This document shows positions 23,601 to 34,847 of a stretch of 64,000 nucleotides of DNA, one piece after another. Position 1 is the stretch's first letter. Each line of letters opens with the position of its first letter. Under the pieces are notes generated by a model that saw nothing but the letters and a program-made list of their open reading frames with translations, was not told where the DNA came from and did no database searches. Source of the stretch: Heptranchias perlo (taxonomy: Eukaryota); contig NC_090364.1 of the NCBI RefSeq assembly GCF_035084215.1, positions 12,524,001 to 12,588,000 of the forward strand, written 5' to 3'. The translations under genes were made by a program, and so were the position numbers.

Positions 23601-26600
23601 TTTAGGCTTTGCTTTAATGATACTGTGCATATTTGCACAGACGCTATAAATCAGTTGCCTTGATTACTATTAAATGTTAGTCTAACTATATGGTTGATTT
23701 TATCCCTACCTTTTTGAAAGTTGATGGCAGTGAACAGGTTCCAGGTAGGTAGGAGATTGGTTTCATAAACTGTCTGTAGCAGCACTGGTGGAATGGGGAG
23801 AAGGGCCTGTGGGTTAGTAGCATTGGGAGGGTTATCATGGGGTCCGGGATTGCTGGGGGCAGGGGTTCTGGCCTGTGGAAATATGGGAGGGCTGCAAAGA
23901 TCTGGGTGAACCGGTAAGGGGGGGGGGGGTTCTGGGATATGGGAACATTGGGAAGGACGTCTTGTTTTTTGGGAGCACTGGGAAAGGGGTACTAGGGTCT
24001 AGTATTAGTGGGAGAAGGGAGCTAGAGAGCACTGGATTGGGGAGGGGAGGACCTGACATATGGGATGAGTGGAAATGAGATGTGGAGTATGGGACCACTG
24101 AGAGGGAGCTCCTGGGTGGGGCTGTTATAGGAAGGGTGAATTTGAGATTTGGCAGCATTGGGATGATGGTAGCATGATGTGGAAGAACCAAGCTGTAGAG
24201 TGGGAGAGTAGCAGGTGGGAGATCCTTTGGGTTGATCTGAACAGGGAATTGGGTAGCATTGGGTTACAGGCCCAGTTTTAGAAGCTGCAAGCGGATGGTG
24301 CTTTGGACAACAGTGTCATAGTGCTGCCTATCTTGGGCTGGGAGCTCCCCGTGGTGAATATGCAACAGTGTCACCCACCTTGGATATCAAGCTCAATCAG
24401 AGGTGGGTAAAATAAATAGGTAATAACAGAAATAGTGGAACAGGAAAGTGTTCCAGGAAACACACATTATATGCAAGATTTTTAATATATTAGAGACATA
24501 TAGAGGACTCTTATACCCAATAATATACCATGTATCATATACTATATATAGAAGAGAAATATACCCAGTAACACACATGTTACATGATGTATTGTAACAA
24601 TTTTTGTTTTTTTGTGCCAGATTTTCTCTTGGATTCAGTGTCACCGATTATCCCCTTAAGTGGACTCTGTGTTCCCTACAATATGGAGTGCACCTTTTGC
24701 TATCCAATTTCTAGTTAAACGATAGCATGACCCAAGGATCTCAACATCGACTCCTTGTTCCATATACTGGCAGCAAAATCTCACATTTTCCACCATGTAC
24801 ATTCTCCTCTCACACAGAGACAGAGACAGAGAGATTTATCTGTTACCTGCCTTAATTCTATAGGTGAACATTATGCAATTATGCATTTTATGATTTGATT
24901 AACCCACAATGGATTTTCCTTCAGCATCGACTGAGGACAAAGGAGACCACCTTCATTGATGGCCCAATGCTTTGAAGGCTACAGTAGCTTACATTAAGTA
25001 GCAATGTCATTGCCAAGATGTCTACGTTGGACAGCCATGAACCCCCCACTAAGAAACTCTCAGTGGAATAGATTTAACCCTTTACTTGCCAATCCTAGCA
25101 ATACAGAAATATTACAAATTAACAAAATTCAGTTTAAGTAATACAGGTAAAACCCAAATTGTCACACGTATACAAGAGTGCTCTGGCTCTCTGATTCTCT
25201 CTTTAGTATAAATATGAGTGTTATACCTCTGTTATTCTCTGTATAAGTGATAATTATATTTCTTTCTTTGCAGGAGCAAGCGGCCTGGATTTGCTGCATT
25301 GGAGTTTATGTGCACTTATTGGGCTATTAATAACAACCCTGCTCTGTGTTCTCATCTATTTCAACTGCTATAGAGGCAAAGGTAACTGTGGGCTTGACGT
25401 GTGTGAATCTGCTCAGACAGTATCTGTTGAGTCACTAGTAAAGGCAATGAAGCACCTGTGCAAGCCCAATTGTAAAGCCCCTGCAGCCATTTGTAAGTCT
25501 CCTTGCAGCCAAATGTATCTCCTCCGACTGCTGCCCGACAGATCAGCACAGACCAGGGATTGGATCTAGGAACTTCCCCATATGACTTTATATCTCTGGC
25601 TCTTGCGTTTGAACTGAGCATGTAGCGATAGAAACTTTATCACCACCAGATGTCACTTTTTCTTCTTTTCTGCAGTATTGTAGCTGGGATAATAACATTC
25701 CATTTCACACTTTGCCTGTTGCCATCCTCTTGACCCTATTTACAAAAGGTCACTGAGAAAGCACATAGTTTTAATTTCTCTCTCAAAATTGACCGTCGGC
25801 AACTCGAGTTAGTGGGAGCTTTAATTCGAGGTGTGACGGAGGGGGTGTCAGGTACAGCCCATCTATTGACTGCTCCCCTCAGGTATAAATCATGCTGCAG
25901 ATTGTGTTTACATTACCCGATATAAACTCATTAGATGCATGGTTTGATGTTTTCACAGTTATGAAAAACTCGCAAACAAATTGTCAGACTGCAGTCCCAC
26001 GATTGACTGAAGCTGGCCCCAGGGTAAGTATGTCTGGAATTCCCTCCCTAAACCTTTCCGTCTCTCTTTCCTGCTTTAAGATGCTCCCTCTTTGACCAAA
26101 CTTTTAGTCCTAATATCTCCTTATGTGGCTCGGTGTCAAATTTTGTTTAATAACACTCCTGTGAAGCACCTTGGGACGTTTTACTTTGTTAAGGGTGATA
26201 TATAAATGCAAGTTGTTGTCTGAAAATCATGAACTAAGAGTTACCTTTTTAAAATTAAGGTGTATATTTTTGGTGACATATTTATTTATTTTGGTTGAAT
26301 TTTGGGCTCATCAAGGTGAGGGATGTCAGTGCTGGGGAATGGAACTGGTCCCCATTTCAGGGTTGCATTTTAACCCAGACTGGGTTTCGGGCAGGCGAGG
26401 TATTGAGGGTAGGGCGGGGGGGGTGGGGGAGGGCAGCTGGTCGGCTGTGTGATATTATGTATGACAAGCACCTGCCATAAGTGGGCATGCAAGAAAGTCA
26501 ACCCTGCCAAACTTCTCATCCTTTCCTACCTTCCCCTGAAAATCATTATGAAGATGTGAAGCAGGGAATTAATACCCTGAGAGAACCAAGACGATGAATG

Positions 26601-29380
26601 CTGAGCAGGAATGGGGATACTTACAGGTGGGAAAGACACAATTATGAAGTGTTTATGCTAGCAGTTCCAAGGGAGGTTTAGACGATGAATACTCGCAAGT
26701 CAACCTGGCAGGGTATTGCCTAGTCAATAAAAGCACCTGGTGTGGCCTAGTCAATAAAAACACATGGGGGTAAATTTTAACCCCAAGAACGGGTGGTTTG
26801 GGGGCAGGAGGGAAGGTAAAAATTGTAAAAAAAAAGTAAAACCCGACCGCAACCCGCCTCCAATCCGCCCTCTTTAACGGGGGCGGGTCGAGGGGCAGGC
26901 AACCAATCTGCTCTCAGGAGGCGGGTTGGTCAGTGAAACCTTTTAAGGAGGCTGTGGGCCTCCATTTCAACATTATTATTATTTTTAACTCCATTTTTGG
27001 TATATCAATACTCTTCTACTTGTACGACAAGATGGCCATTAGCTAATGGGAACAGTGCTGAACTATAAGCCCCTTAGCCTGTTTTAGGACACCACCTTGC
27101 AAATAATTGGCAGCAAAAACCATCGAAGGGATGAAAGGGCGAGTCACAGTGTATGGCCAGGAGGAGCAAGTGGCATTGGCTTCCCAGTGCCTGGCACCTT
27201 CTGACTGGAAAGCACGATTCCTGCTCTGCCACTGCATCAACCTCATAATCCCTGCTTACAAACAGACATTGCTGTGTGAGTGATGGATAAATTGTTGTCA
27301 GTACTGTAGGCGGCCATGGAGCAAGTCGCCAAAATCAGTGACATCTTTTTTTTTATTCATTCATGGGATGTGGGCGTCGCTGGCGAGGCCCACATTTATT
27401 GCCCATCCCTAATTGCCCTTGAGAAGGTGGTGGTGAGCCGCCTTCTTGAACCGCTGCAGTCCGTGTGCTGAAGGTTCTCCCACAGTGCTGTTAGGAAGGG
27501 AGTTCCAGGATTTTGACCCAGCGACGATGAAGGAACGGCGATATATTTTTAAGTCGGGATGGTGTGTGACTTGGAGGGGAACGTGCAGGTGGTGTTGTTC
27601 CCATGTGCCTGCTGCTCTTGTCCTTCTAGGTGGTAGAGGTCACGAGTTTGGGAGGTGCTGTCGAAGAAGCAATGGCGAGTTGCTGCAGTGCATCCTGTGG
27701 ATGTTACACACTGCAGCCACTGTGCGCCGGTGGTGAAGGGAGTGAATGCCAGGGTGGTGGACGGGGTGCCAATCAAGCGGGTTGCTTTGTCCTGCTGCAC
27801 CACCCACAGTGGCACAGGCTATAGGCACAAGGCAAACATCTCTCATGAGCACGCACACCGTTGCAGGCGAGGCCAATCTCAAAGATACATTCTTTGTTTG
27901 CTATATGTTTGCCTGTTATCTGCCTGATGTTAGAATCTGCCCTCATTCCAAAGATGAGCAAGAAGCTATCCATTATAAATACTAATAAATAAGTTTTAGT
28001 GAGTTTACAGCAGTGATTCAAGGTCAAATTCTGCTGCCTTTTCTAAACTGCTCAAGTTTCACTCTTTCTGCATTAATCTGTTCTACAGCCCTTGAGGCCC
28101 AGTTACTGAGTTGCCTCTCACTGGAGCTACTTATTCTCTCAGTCAGCACTAATGTCAGTTGTGGCTCAGTCGGTAGCATTCTCGCCTCTGAGTCAGAAGG
28201 TCATGGATTCATACGGGTTCATAGTCCCACTCCAGGGATATAAACACAAAATCTAGGCTGATACTCCAGTGCAGTACTGAGGGCGTGCTGCATCGTTGGA
28301 TGAAATGATAAACCGAGACCCCGTCTGCCCTCACAGGTGGACATAAAAGATCCCATGGCACTACTTTGAAGAAGAGCAGGGGAGTTCTCCCTGGTGCCCT
28401 GGCCAAAATTTATCCCTCAACCAAAACCTAAAAACAGATTACTTGGTCATTATCACATTGCTGTTTGTGGGACCTTGCTGTGCGCAAATTGGCTGCTGCG
28501 TTTCGTACATTACAACAGTGACTACACTTCAAAAAAGTACTTCATTGGCTGTAAAGCGTTTGGCACATCCTAAGGTCGTGAAAGACACTATGTAAATACA
28601 AGTTCTTTCTTTCTATGAGAATATCTGAACAAGAAATCCCTTGAGGTTTACTTTTTTTCAAATGGTTTTTAACATTCTTTCTTCCCTCAGAGGCAGAGGG
28701 ATCTTTTTCAAATCCCTCCATAGCTTCGCCCCCTCCTGATCTCAGCGACCTCCTCCAGCCCTACAACCCTCCGAAGTCTCTGCGCTCCTCCAATTCTGGC
28801 CTCTTGCGCATCCCCGATTTTAATCGCTCCACCATTGGCGGCCGTGGCTTCAGCTGCCTAGGCCCTAAGCTCTGGAATTCCCTCCCTAAACCTCTCCGCC
28901 TCTCTACCCCTCTCTCTCCTCCTTTAAGACGCTCCTTAAAACCTACCTCTTTGACCAAGCTATTGGTCACCTGTCCTAATATCTCCTTATGTGGCTCGGT
29001 GTCAAATTTTGTTTGATAATCGTTCCTTGGGATGTTTTACTATGTTAAAGGCGCCCTTTAAATGCAACTTGTTGTTGTTGTTGTTACCTCAGGACCAGGG
29101 GTTGCCACGGGAGACAAAGCTACAAAGAGATGAGTGGTTGCTACAGGACCAGAGGTTGCCACGGGAGCAGCGGGTGCCAAGGGAACAACGGGTGCCACGG
29201 GAACAGCGGGTGACAAGAGAGAAACAGCTGCCAAGAGATCCGAGTTGGCCACCACAGCAACGGTTGCCACGGCAGGAGCGGTCGCCACGGACGCAGCAAT
29301 TGTCACAGGAAGTGCAGGTGCTTTATTCGACCTTAGATCTGGCAGCGATGGAGAAAAAGAGAACGAAAAGACAATCTTAG
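11642..29380 (+). CDS. Six-exon IgSF receptor: leader-VJ-C1-like-TM-cytoplasmic ITIM, 364 aa; join(11642..11684,13667..14005,22829..23080,25274..25381,25959..26023,29093..29380)
   Basis: All introns are GT-AG with compatible phases (1,1,1,1,0). Exon lengths 43+339+252+108+65+288 = 1095 nt, giving 364 aa plus stop with no internal stop. Domain motifs appear in the expected order. Confidence 0.8.
11790..12062. repeat. 23-bp minisatellite CCACTGGATCCCAATCTCTACAT (~12 copies)
   Basis: Direct reading. Confidence 0.9.
12233..13437 (-). mobile_element. CR1 3' fragment (RT FADD to tail), interrupted at 12592-12807
   Basis: FINDL...SKFADDTKLGG; EYCVQFWAPH; NFLTQREVRIWNALP. Confidence 0.9.
12592..12807. 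mobile_element. Penelope-like terminal (pLTR) remnant forming an inverted repeat
   Basis: 88-bp arms 12623-12710 and 12721-12808; 13-bp flanking direct repeat TAGACCATTCATG; CTGAGGA...GAAA core. Confidence 0.7.
13667..14005 (+). CDS. IgSF receptor exon 2, V-set domain with joined J motif
   Basis: Acceptor ctttcctgatacag. Motifs GDKVSLEC, WFMQHPGQAP, DAGIYYC, FGTGAALLVT. Cys-Cys spacing 71. Donor G|GTAAG at 14006. Confidence 0.95.
14836..15260 (-). mobile_element. CR1 3' fragment with an extra diverged terminus
   Basis: Near-identical to 63465-63790; (AAGAACAT)n tail. Confidence 0.85.
15720..16230. repeat. Degenerate ~65-70-bp satellite (GATACCTGGGAGTGAGTTACAGGCTGGAATCTA...)
   Basis: About 7 diverged copies of GTTACAGGCTGG, spaced roughly 65-70 bp. 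Confidence 0.6.
17188..17545. repeat. 42/45-bp AT-rich minisatellite (~8 copies)
   Basis: TGTGTATATACAGTCTGCATATAAATTGTCTATGCATTTATA. Confidence 0.9.
17975..18430 (+). mobile_element. SINE-like element sharing its 3' end with the LINE family at 5683/20008
   Basis: B-box-like GAGTTCAAATC; 3' CACCACCTTCTCAAGGGCA...GCCAGCGATGCCCACA...poly(A). Confidence 0.6.
20008..21338 (+). mobile_element. 5'-truncated young non-LTR retrotransposon with open RT frame
   Basis: Uninterrupted VDSAIK...FADD...HHHLLKGN*, poly(A) 21326-21338. The first ~72 aa of the 491-aa ORF are non-coding read-through. Confidence 0.92.
21340..22105 (+). mobile_element. Decayed RTE-clade (BovB-like) LINE 3' fragment
   Basis: RLWDKRGISWQTKLKVYGAAVQTTLLDACETW...IRWRDKIPDTE and a C-terminal CxCGxxF...LISHQRT remnant. 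Confidence 0.75.
22130..22556. mobile_element. MITE-like element with TIRs GGGCC(G/A)GAAATTGCTC
   Basis: Inverted ends; internal ~130 bp shared with 48668-48800. Confidence 0.65.
22829..23080 (+). CDS. IgSF receptor exon 3, short divergent C-type (C1-like) Ig domain
   Basis: Acceptor tatttcag, donor A|GTATGT, phase 1/1. CVVTGFVGNDVQFMW matches the C1 pattern C-x-V-x-G-F-x8-W. FSIKCNITL and ICQC follow. Confidence 0.7.
23253..23430. mobile_element. Palindromic MITE-like element
   Basis: GTGAAATTCAGC...GCTGAATTTCAC ends with imperfect ~70-bp arms. Confidence 0.55.
25274..25381 (+). CDS. IgSF receptor exon 4, transmembrane
   Basis: Strong acceptor tttctttctttgcag. WSLCALIGLLITTLLCVLIYF followed by basic YRGK. 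Donor G|GTAACT, phase 1/1. Confidence 0.85.
25959..26023 (+). CDS. IgSF receptor exon 5, cytoplasmic (VMKNSQTNCQTAVPRLTEAGPR)
   Basis: Acceptor ttttcacag, perfect donor AGG|GTAAGT, phase 1 to 0. Confidence 0.75.
27346..27793 (-). mobile_element. 3' fragment of the LINE family at 20008
   Basis: Reverse complement of 20885-21335. Confidence 0.9.
28155..28613 (+). mobile_element. DeuSINE copy
   Basis: GTGGCTCAGT head, core, tail. Confidence 0.8.
28700..29085 (+). mobile_element. L2-like LINE 3' end with (GTT)n tail
   Basis: GGRGFSCLGPKLWNSLP; related copies at 26030-26220, 35755-35973, 36570-36945 (-), 10007-10185 (-). Confidence 0.7.
29093..29380 (+). CDS. IgSF receptor exon 6, cytoplasmic 6-aa repeats plus ITIM VLYSTL, stop TAG
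   Basis: Acceptor ttacctcag, phase 0 matching exon 5. ITIM codons at 29318-29335. An in-frame alternative acceptor exists at 29308/29309. Confidence 0.7.
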   Translation, partial: DQGLPRETKLQRDEWLLQDQRLPREQRVPREQRVPREQRVTREKQLPRDPSWPPQQRLPRQERSPRTQQLSQEVQVLYSTLDLAAMEKKRTKRQS

Positions 29381-29834
29381 ACATCTACAACGCGGGCTTG
29401 CGTTCATTGCTCTGTCTGTAACTTGCTTTAGTCTGTGACAGGGATCCATTGTGCGTTGATTTGACTGATGTTTGAAAGATGTCAACACTTTAAAACTAAT
29501 ATTTCTATTGTCCCATCGCCAACTTTTCTTCCCCTCTTTCGACTCCCATAATGCCTAGCATCATTCGCCAGGCAACATGGCAGACAATAGCCCTGCTCCC
29601 AGGCCTGCGCCACTGCTGCTCTGGAATTCACAACAATTTGCATTTATATCGTGTCTTTGATGCAGAAAAACATCCCGAGGCTCCTTGACAGAAGTGTGAG
29701 GAAAATGGACACTGAGTCAAAGAAGGAGAGAGTAGGAGGGTTGACCATTGTCCGTCAAGTAAGGGATTAGACGTTCTCCAAGGAGACGGATCGACTTCAT
29801 TTTAATTGTAGTCCACTGAAGGACTTTTTTTCTA

Positions 29835-30262
29835 TGTACAATGCAGATTATGGGGCAATATAATAAGAAGTGTTTAAAGTTATGACAGGACGGGACAGGG
29901 TAGAAAGAAGCAGACTGCTTACAATGGTCGAGGGATCTACATACGAACATACGACAATCTAGAACGAGGGGCCATGGGTACGAGATTAAACATAAGAGAT
30001 TGAGAACAGAGAATAAGAGGAATTTCTTCACACACGGAATTGTGAGGCTGTGGAATTAACTTCCAGGGTTTAGTGATTGAGTCAGAAACTATGTCAACTT
30101 TCAAGTTTAGATTGGATAGGTATTTGAAGGAAAAGGGGTTGTAGGGAGGGATAGGGGAACAGAGCAGGTAAATGTGATCAGGACTTTTTGATCACGTGGA
30201 GGATAAACGCCAACACAGACTGGTTGGGCCGAATGGCCTGTGTCCGTGTTATAACTTCTATT
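29835..30262 (+). mobile_element. Decayed CR1 3' fragment
   Basis: AGAACGAGGGGCCAT...AATTTCTTCACACA...GGGCCGAATGGCCT. Confidence 0.75.
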
Positions 30263-33200
30263 CCTGTGAATGTTAAAAGTCAAGACTAAAAGAACGTCTA
30301 AAAGTTACACTTGAATAATAGCTCATACCTTCAGGAATGGAATGGAGGGAAGGGAAGAAAAGTGTCGAGGAGAAAAGGATAAACAACCTTCCTCTGTCAG
30401 GTAACTACATGGGATCCCAGTGGGAGGACTTTGTGCGGAATACAGGAGGTACGGGTACGATACTGGTTGTACCTGCAGATGGTGGTTTCCTTACACATAA
30501 TTGTAACATAAAAGTGAATTTTATAACTAAACATTGTTACAAGGAATGTGATACGGGCAAACAGAATAGCTGAACCAGAGGGCAGATTGCTCACTCTTTG
30601 CCAATAAAGTGCAGAAATATCTACGTGACCTTTGCCCTGTCATCAGATCTAAAAGGTCAGATGGGGATTTAAGGCTCTTCTTTATTACAAGAGATTCTGG
30701 GGTTTTTTACCAGTGTTTTAAAGGTCACAGGCTGCAATTCCATCCTGTTTCATTCATGAAAACTGCAATCCTGTGGCCTTGTCATGTGATTTATTGTTGC
30801 TCTCTTTACCTCAAGGTTATTATTGATCGGAGAGAATTGGGAGCTTGTTTATTGTTCTAACATGTGATGGGTGTATGTACTGCAAGGGGTTCATAGAACA
30901 ACAGGTAAAGTTAATACAACTGCTCTGCGTAGAGCACCTAATCCTTTGTAGATAGAAATATAAAATTGATACCCAAATGTCTTTATTTTTTGTCAATTAG
31001 ACTTTATATCTTAAAGGTATTCTGGGCAATGTATGAGAGAAATCAGTTATCGAATTGAATTTCATGGAATATCCACTCAAGAAACTGGTAAAATTAAAGT
31101 TTTAACGTACAGCAATATGTCAGGGTTACTTTGTGACTGGAGAGTTTCACATCCAGCACTGAACCTCACTGATTGTGAAACTATCTCCGAGGGTTGTTTT
31201 TACCTGTCCGTTATTGATGGTGTTTTAAAACATTGCTGAATTCCTCCTTGGATTTCATTCACAAAAACACACCATACTTGTGAGATGGTTCTTAAAAATA
31301 AAATCGAGCAAAGAGTGAAAATTATCTGAAAAAAACAATGGTTAGAGTTTTACCCCGAAAAATACTATTGTATCTGTAGGTTTACATGTAACCCCCCCCT
31401 CTCAGTAATCATAGGTGGCTTTGGTTTGCTATTACGGGGGAGGGGGAAGCAATCGCCTGTGGGTTGTGTGTTCGTCACACTTACATACGAACATACGAAT
31501 TAAGAGCAGGAGTAGGCCATTCGGCCCCTCGAACCTGCTCTGCCATTTGATAAGATCATGGCTGATCTGATTGCGACCTCAAACCTACTTTCCCGTCTAC
31601 CTGCTATAACCTTTGACTCCCTTGTTAATCAGGAATCTATCTAACTCAGCCTTAAAAATATTCAGTGACCCTGCCTCCACCGCTCTCTGGGGAGCTTGCG
31701 TGCCTGATGATATTCCAGTCCCTTTAAATTGTGCTTACGATGGAGACCTGGTTTCTATAAGCTGTCTGAGTCTCCTATGAACCAACACTTATATCCTTTT
31801 GTGCGATGTGAAGGGGAACACGTGCCAAGCGAGCATTAATCAACCCTTAACCATAGTGCACCAGAGTCCATGTGGGATGTCCACCACATTCCCCTATTCT
31901 AAAAGGCGGTAAATACCATAATGTCAGGTTAGTGTTTAATGTTAAAAATACTATTCCGATTTATTTGCAAGTAAAATTATAGTCAGAAACAGAAAGACAG
32001 AATAAGAAGCTGATGGAACAGAGAGTTAGAAAATGCTAAAGATAGAATCAGACCACATGGGGCTAAACAAATCTTCTACAAAGTGTATCTCTTACACAAT
32101 ATGATCATCTGCAAGACATCTGGAGGAAGCGATCTTTTGTAGACTTCCTGATGCAATGCTTGTGTGCAGATCAAACGATATTCCTTGTTGTCACAAGCCC
32201 AACTTAACTGAAACTGAACTAAAGTTGAGAAACGGGACAGCGTCTTTGTGCTAAAAGAAATATTTCATTTCACAGCTCGCGACATTAGCTTCCCCTAAGG
32301 CATTGTTTGTGATGGGTCAAACAATTGAAGATAACAAATTTTGTCTGGACCCATATATATCAGCATTCCAAAGAAAAATCGCCCAGTTACCAAGCAAATT
32401 GTGACCTGATTATTTTATGAGACCAAGTAGTGACAAAAATAAATAAGACCAGCCACTTCCCATTGAAAGTGTAGATGTATCAGGCAAGCCATATTGACCA
32501 CACCCTGACACAGAGACAAAGGGATGTCCAGCTACAGCTAGCTGAAGCCAATTTTTAATTCATGTTTACCTAAAGTCATATAAAAACATAATATAGAAAT
32601 GTTCCTCTATTTGACTCAGGAGGAAAGCTCTGCTTGTCAACAACTACACATTTTCATTTATAAAGCACCTTCTATGTTACAAAACAGCCCAAGTCAATTC
32701 ATGTCGGAATGGTAGACACCTAGCAGGAAGTAGGTAGAGAAGTTACGGGTGGTGACCAAATGTGTGTTTGAAGAGGTAATCGTGCACATACACCAATAAC
32801 ACAGGCATCTTCATACAACCCTGTGAAACCCAACCCATTAGACTTCTCAATGAAGTCAATGGAGACTAAAATTGGGAGAGGTGTATAACAAGTGGCTGAT
32901 CTGATATCGCCCGTTTTACACAATCGCCCAAAGTTAAAATGACCCCACTTGTGTGGTGAACATCTACCTTGCTACACAAAGTAAGCCACATCCTATAAGG
33001 TAAGTGATTCCATGTCAGTTTATTTCTGTTATTTCATTGTAGAAAGTCGTTAGATCTTAAACGATGTCCGGACAATCCACTCTACCACTGACAGTACAAG
33101 TGTTACGTGTGTCCACATTAAAAGCACATCCATTATAAATGCATCATTCTGTTTTACAAATGAGAATTAACAGGGACATACAACAACTGTACAACATTTC

Positions 33201-33744
33201 TCACCTCATACACTAATTTCAGAATCTTCAGAACACAAGCCTTGTGATTTGTCACCTAGAGTTTACATGAATGATAGTCAACATTATTAAGTTAAGAGAA
33301 CAATGTAAAAGAAAGTGGGTTTTCTGTTGTGGGCTTAAGCATCGGGCAATGTTGGAGATTAAGATGTGCACCATTGAGTTAATAGTGAACACAACCTCCA
33401 TCTGATGCAAATTCAGTGTTACTTGTGGCCTTAGAGCTGTTCTCAGCCCATCATAACCCTTTCTCTCTTACCCTTGGTCCAATGCAGTTTTTAGATGCAT
33501 TTCTGATCTGTACATAGTTCTGATAGTGCACAGGGATCCAGTGCAGAAAATTGCTTCTCATTTAATCCCATTATATAGAATTCTCTATCCAATCCTTCAG
33601 AGAACTTAAGTATAAAACAAGCATAGGCCATTCTGTCGTTAATTGTGTTTCTGTTGTTGAGAAAACTAATTATTGTGGGTACAGATAGTAAGTCAGCTAT
33701 CTGTACATTGGAAATGACCTGTAAAAGATTCTGTCCGATGAGAA

Positions 33745-34246
33745 TGGGCTGGATTTTCCTGGCTGAAGTAGATTTACTGCCGATTTATGAGCGATTGTCA
33801 CTCGGTAGTAACCAGTGCTGTGAGGTAAAATGTTTTCCTGCTGCACCAAGTGGGGATGGTAAGGGCAATAATGGCAGAATTCCCAAATCATCTCCTGATT
33901 TTCCATTTGCCAATGAAGATGAGACCTAGTTCACAAGCAATTTTCCTTATTTTGAGATGGTCCTTTCATGGCTGTCCTCAATGGGTAGAACCCTGGCCAC
34001 GTGTTCAATCAGCAGTCAGAAGGTGCAACAAGATTCCTCTTCACAATCTGCCCCCCCCCCATCCCCCGAGAGAGCCGCAGGGTCAGACTTACCGATAATA
34101 GGGGTCAAGAGCTTCAGGACACAGCAGACGGTGATTTGGAATATTTTATCTGCTGGTTACTGCCAGTAAAGGGAAATAATTGGAATACGTGAAGGAAAAT
34201 TCATTGCTAACCCACTACCATCTACCTGGAGGAAAATCCAGGTCCA
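33745..34246. mobile_element. MITE-like element
   Basis: Inverted ends CTGGATTTTCCT and AGGAAAATCCAG. Confidence 0.45.
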
Positions 34247-34847
34247 AATGTTTTAAAACTTCACATCCCTCAACTTTACTGGACCCACTATTTATTCACT
34301 ATTTATTAGATGGTGTTATCACAGGGTGTAGCCAGAGGTAACTGGAGTAAGGGTACAGAGATCGCATATAATTGGCCCTGAGAGCTTGAACAGGCCTGAA
34401 GAAATTATGCTGCTATGCCCGTGGGCGATTAAGCATTAAAGAGCCTTTTATATTGGTCTTATTATTCAGAATCTGTGAGACTGGCATCAGTGAACTGGAC
34501 CCCAGCGTTTAATCCGTTCAATTCGGTTTCCATCAGCCAGAGGCAGACTCGTAGAAGCAAGGTCCATGGCAACAAGATTTAGTGGATAAATGCTGGGACT
34601 CGGCACGTGGACACTGGACTCCTGGAATCGGAATTAAAAGAAGACCAATATAAAAGTGGCTTAAGGACAGCCCAACTGACAGAAATACTTACTGGAAGAA
34701 ATGTCCTGAAAGAGAGGTTTCCTGTCAGACATGTAGTTCTGATCCATCTATTGCCATTCAGTCCCATTCCCCAGAAGCTGCTTAGGCCTGTTCACTATAA
34801 TCAGTTCATTCTGGCCCTCAAACCACATAGTCACACTCCATAGCCAT

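Noticed and set aside
24925-24960. Possible hinge exon after ttttccttcag
   Set aside because: In the required phase it reaches TGA after 11 codons with no donor; at most a speculative secreted-form ending.
26535-26600. Possible extra cytoplasmic exon with ENHYEDV tyrosine motif
   Set aside because: No AG acceptor before the motif, and the frame stops shortly after.
11642-29380. Calling the receptor CD8A/B, PD-1, NFAM1 or a TCR chain
   Set aside because: It has a second Ig-like exon, no CxC/CxH motif, no ITSM or ITAM, no charged TM residue and a long ITIM tail. No symbol assigned.
29134-29421. Collagen-like GAAGAKGTTGATGTAGDK in an alternative frame
   Set aside because: Only about 6 triplets, a by-product of the 18-bp repeat; the ITIM frame is the one matching exon phase.
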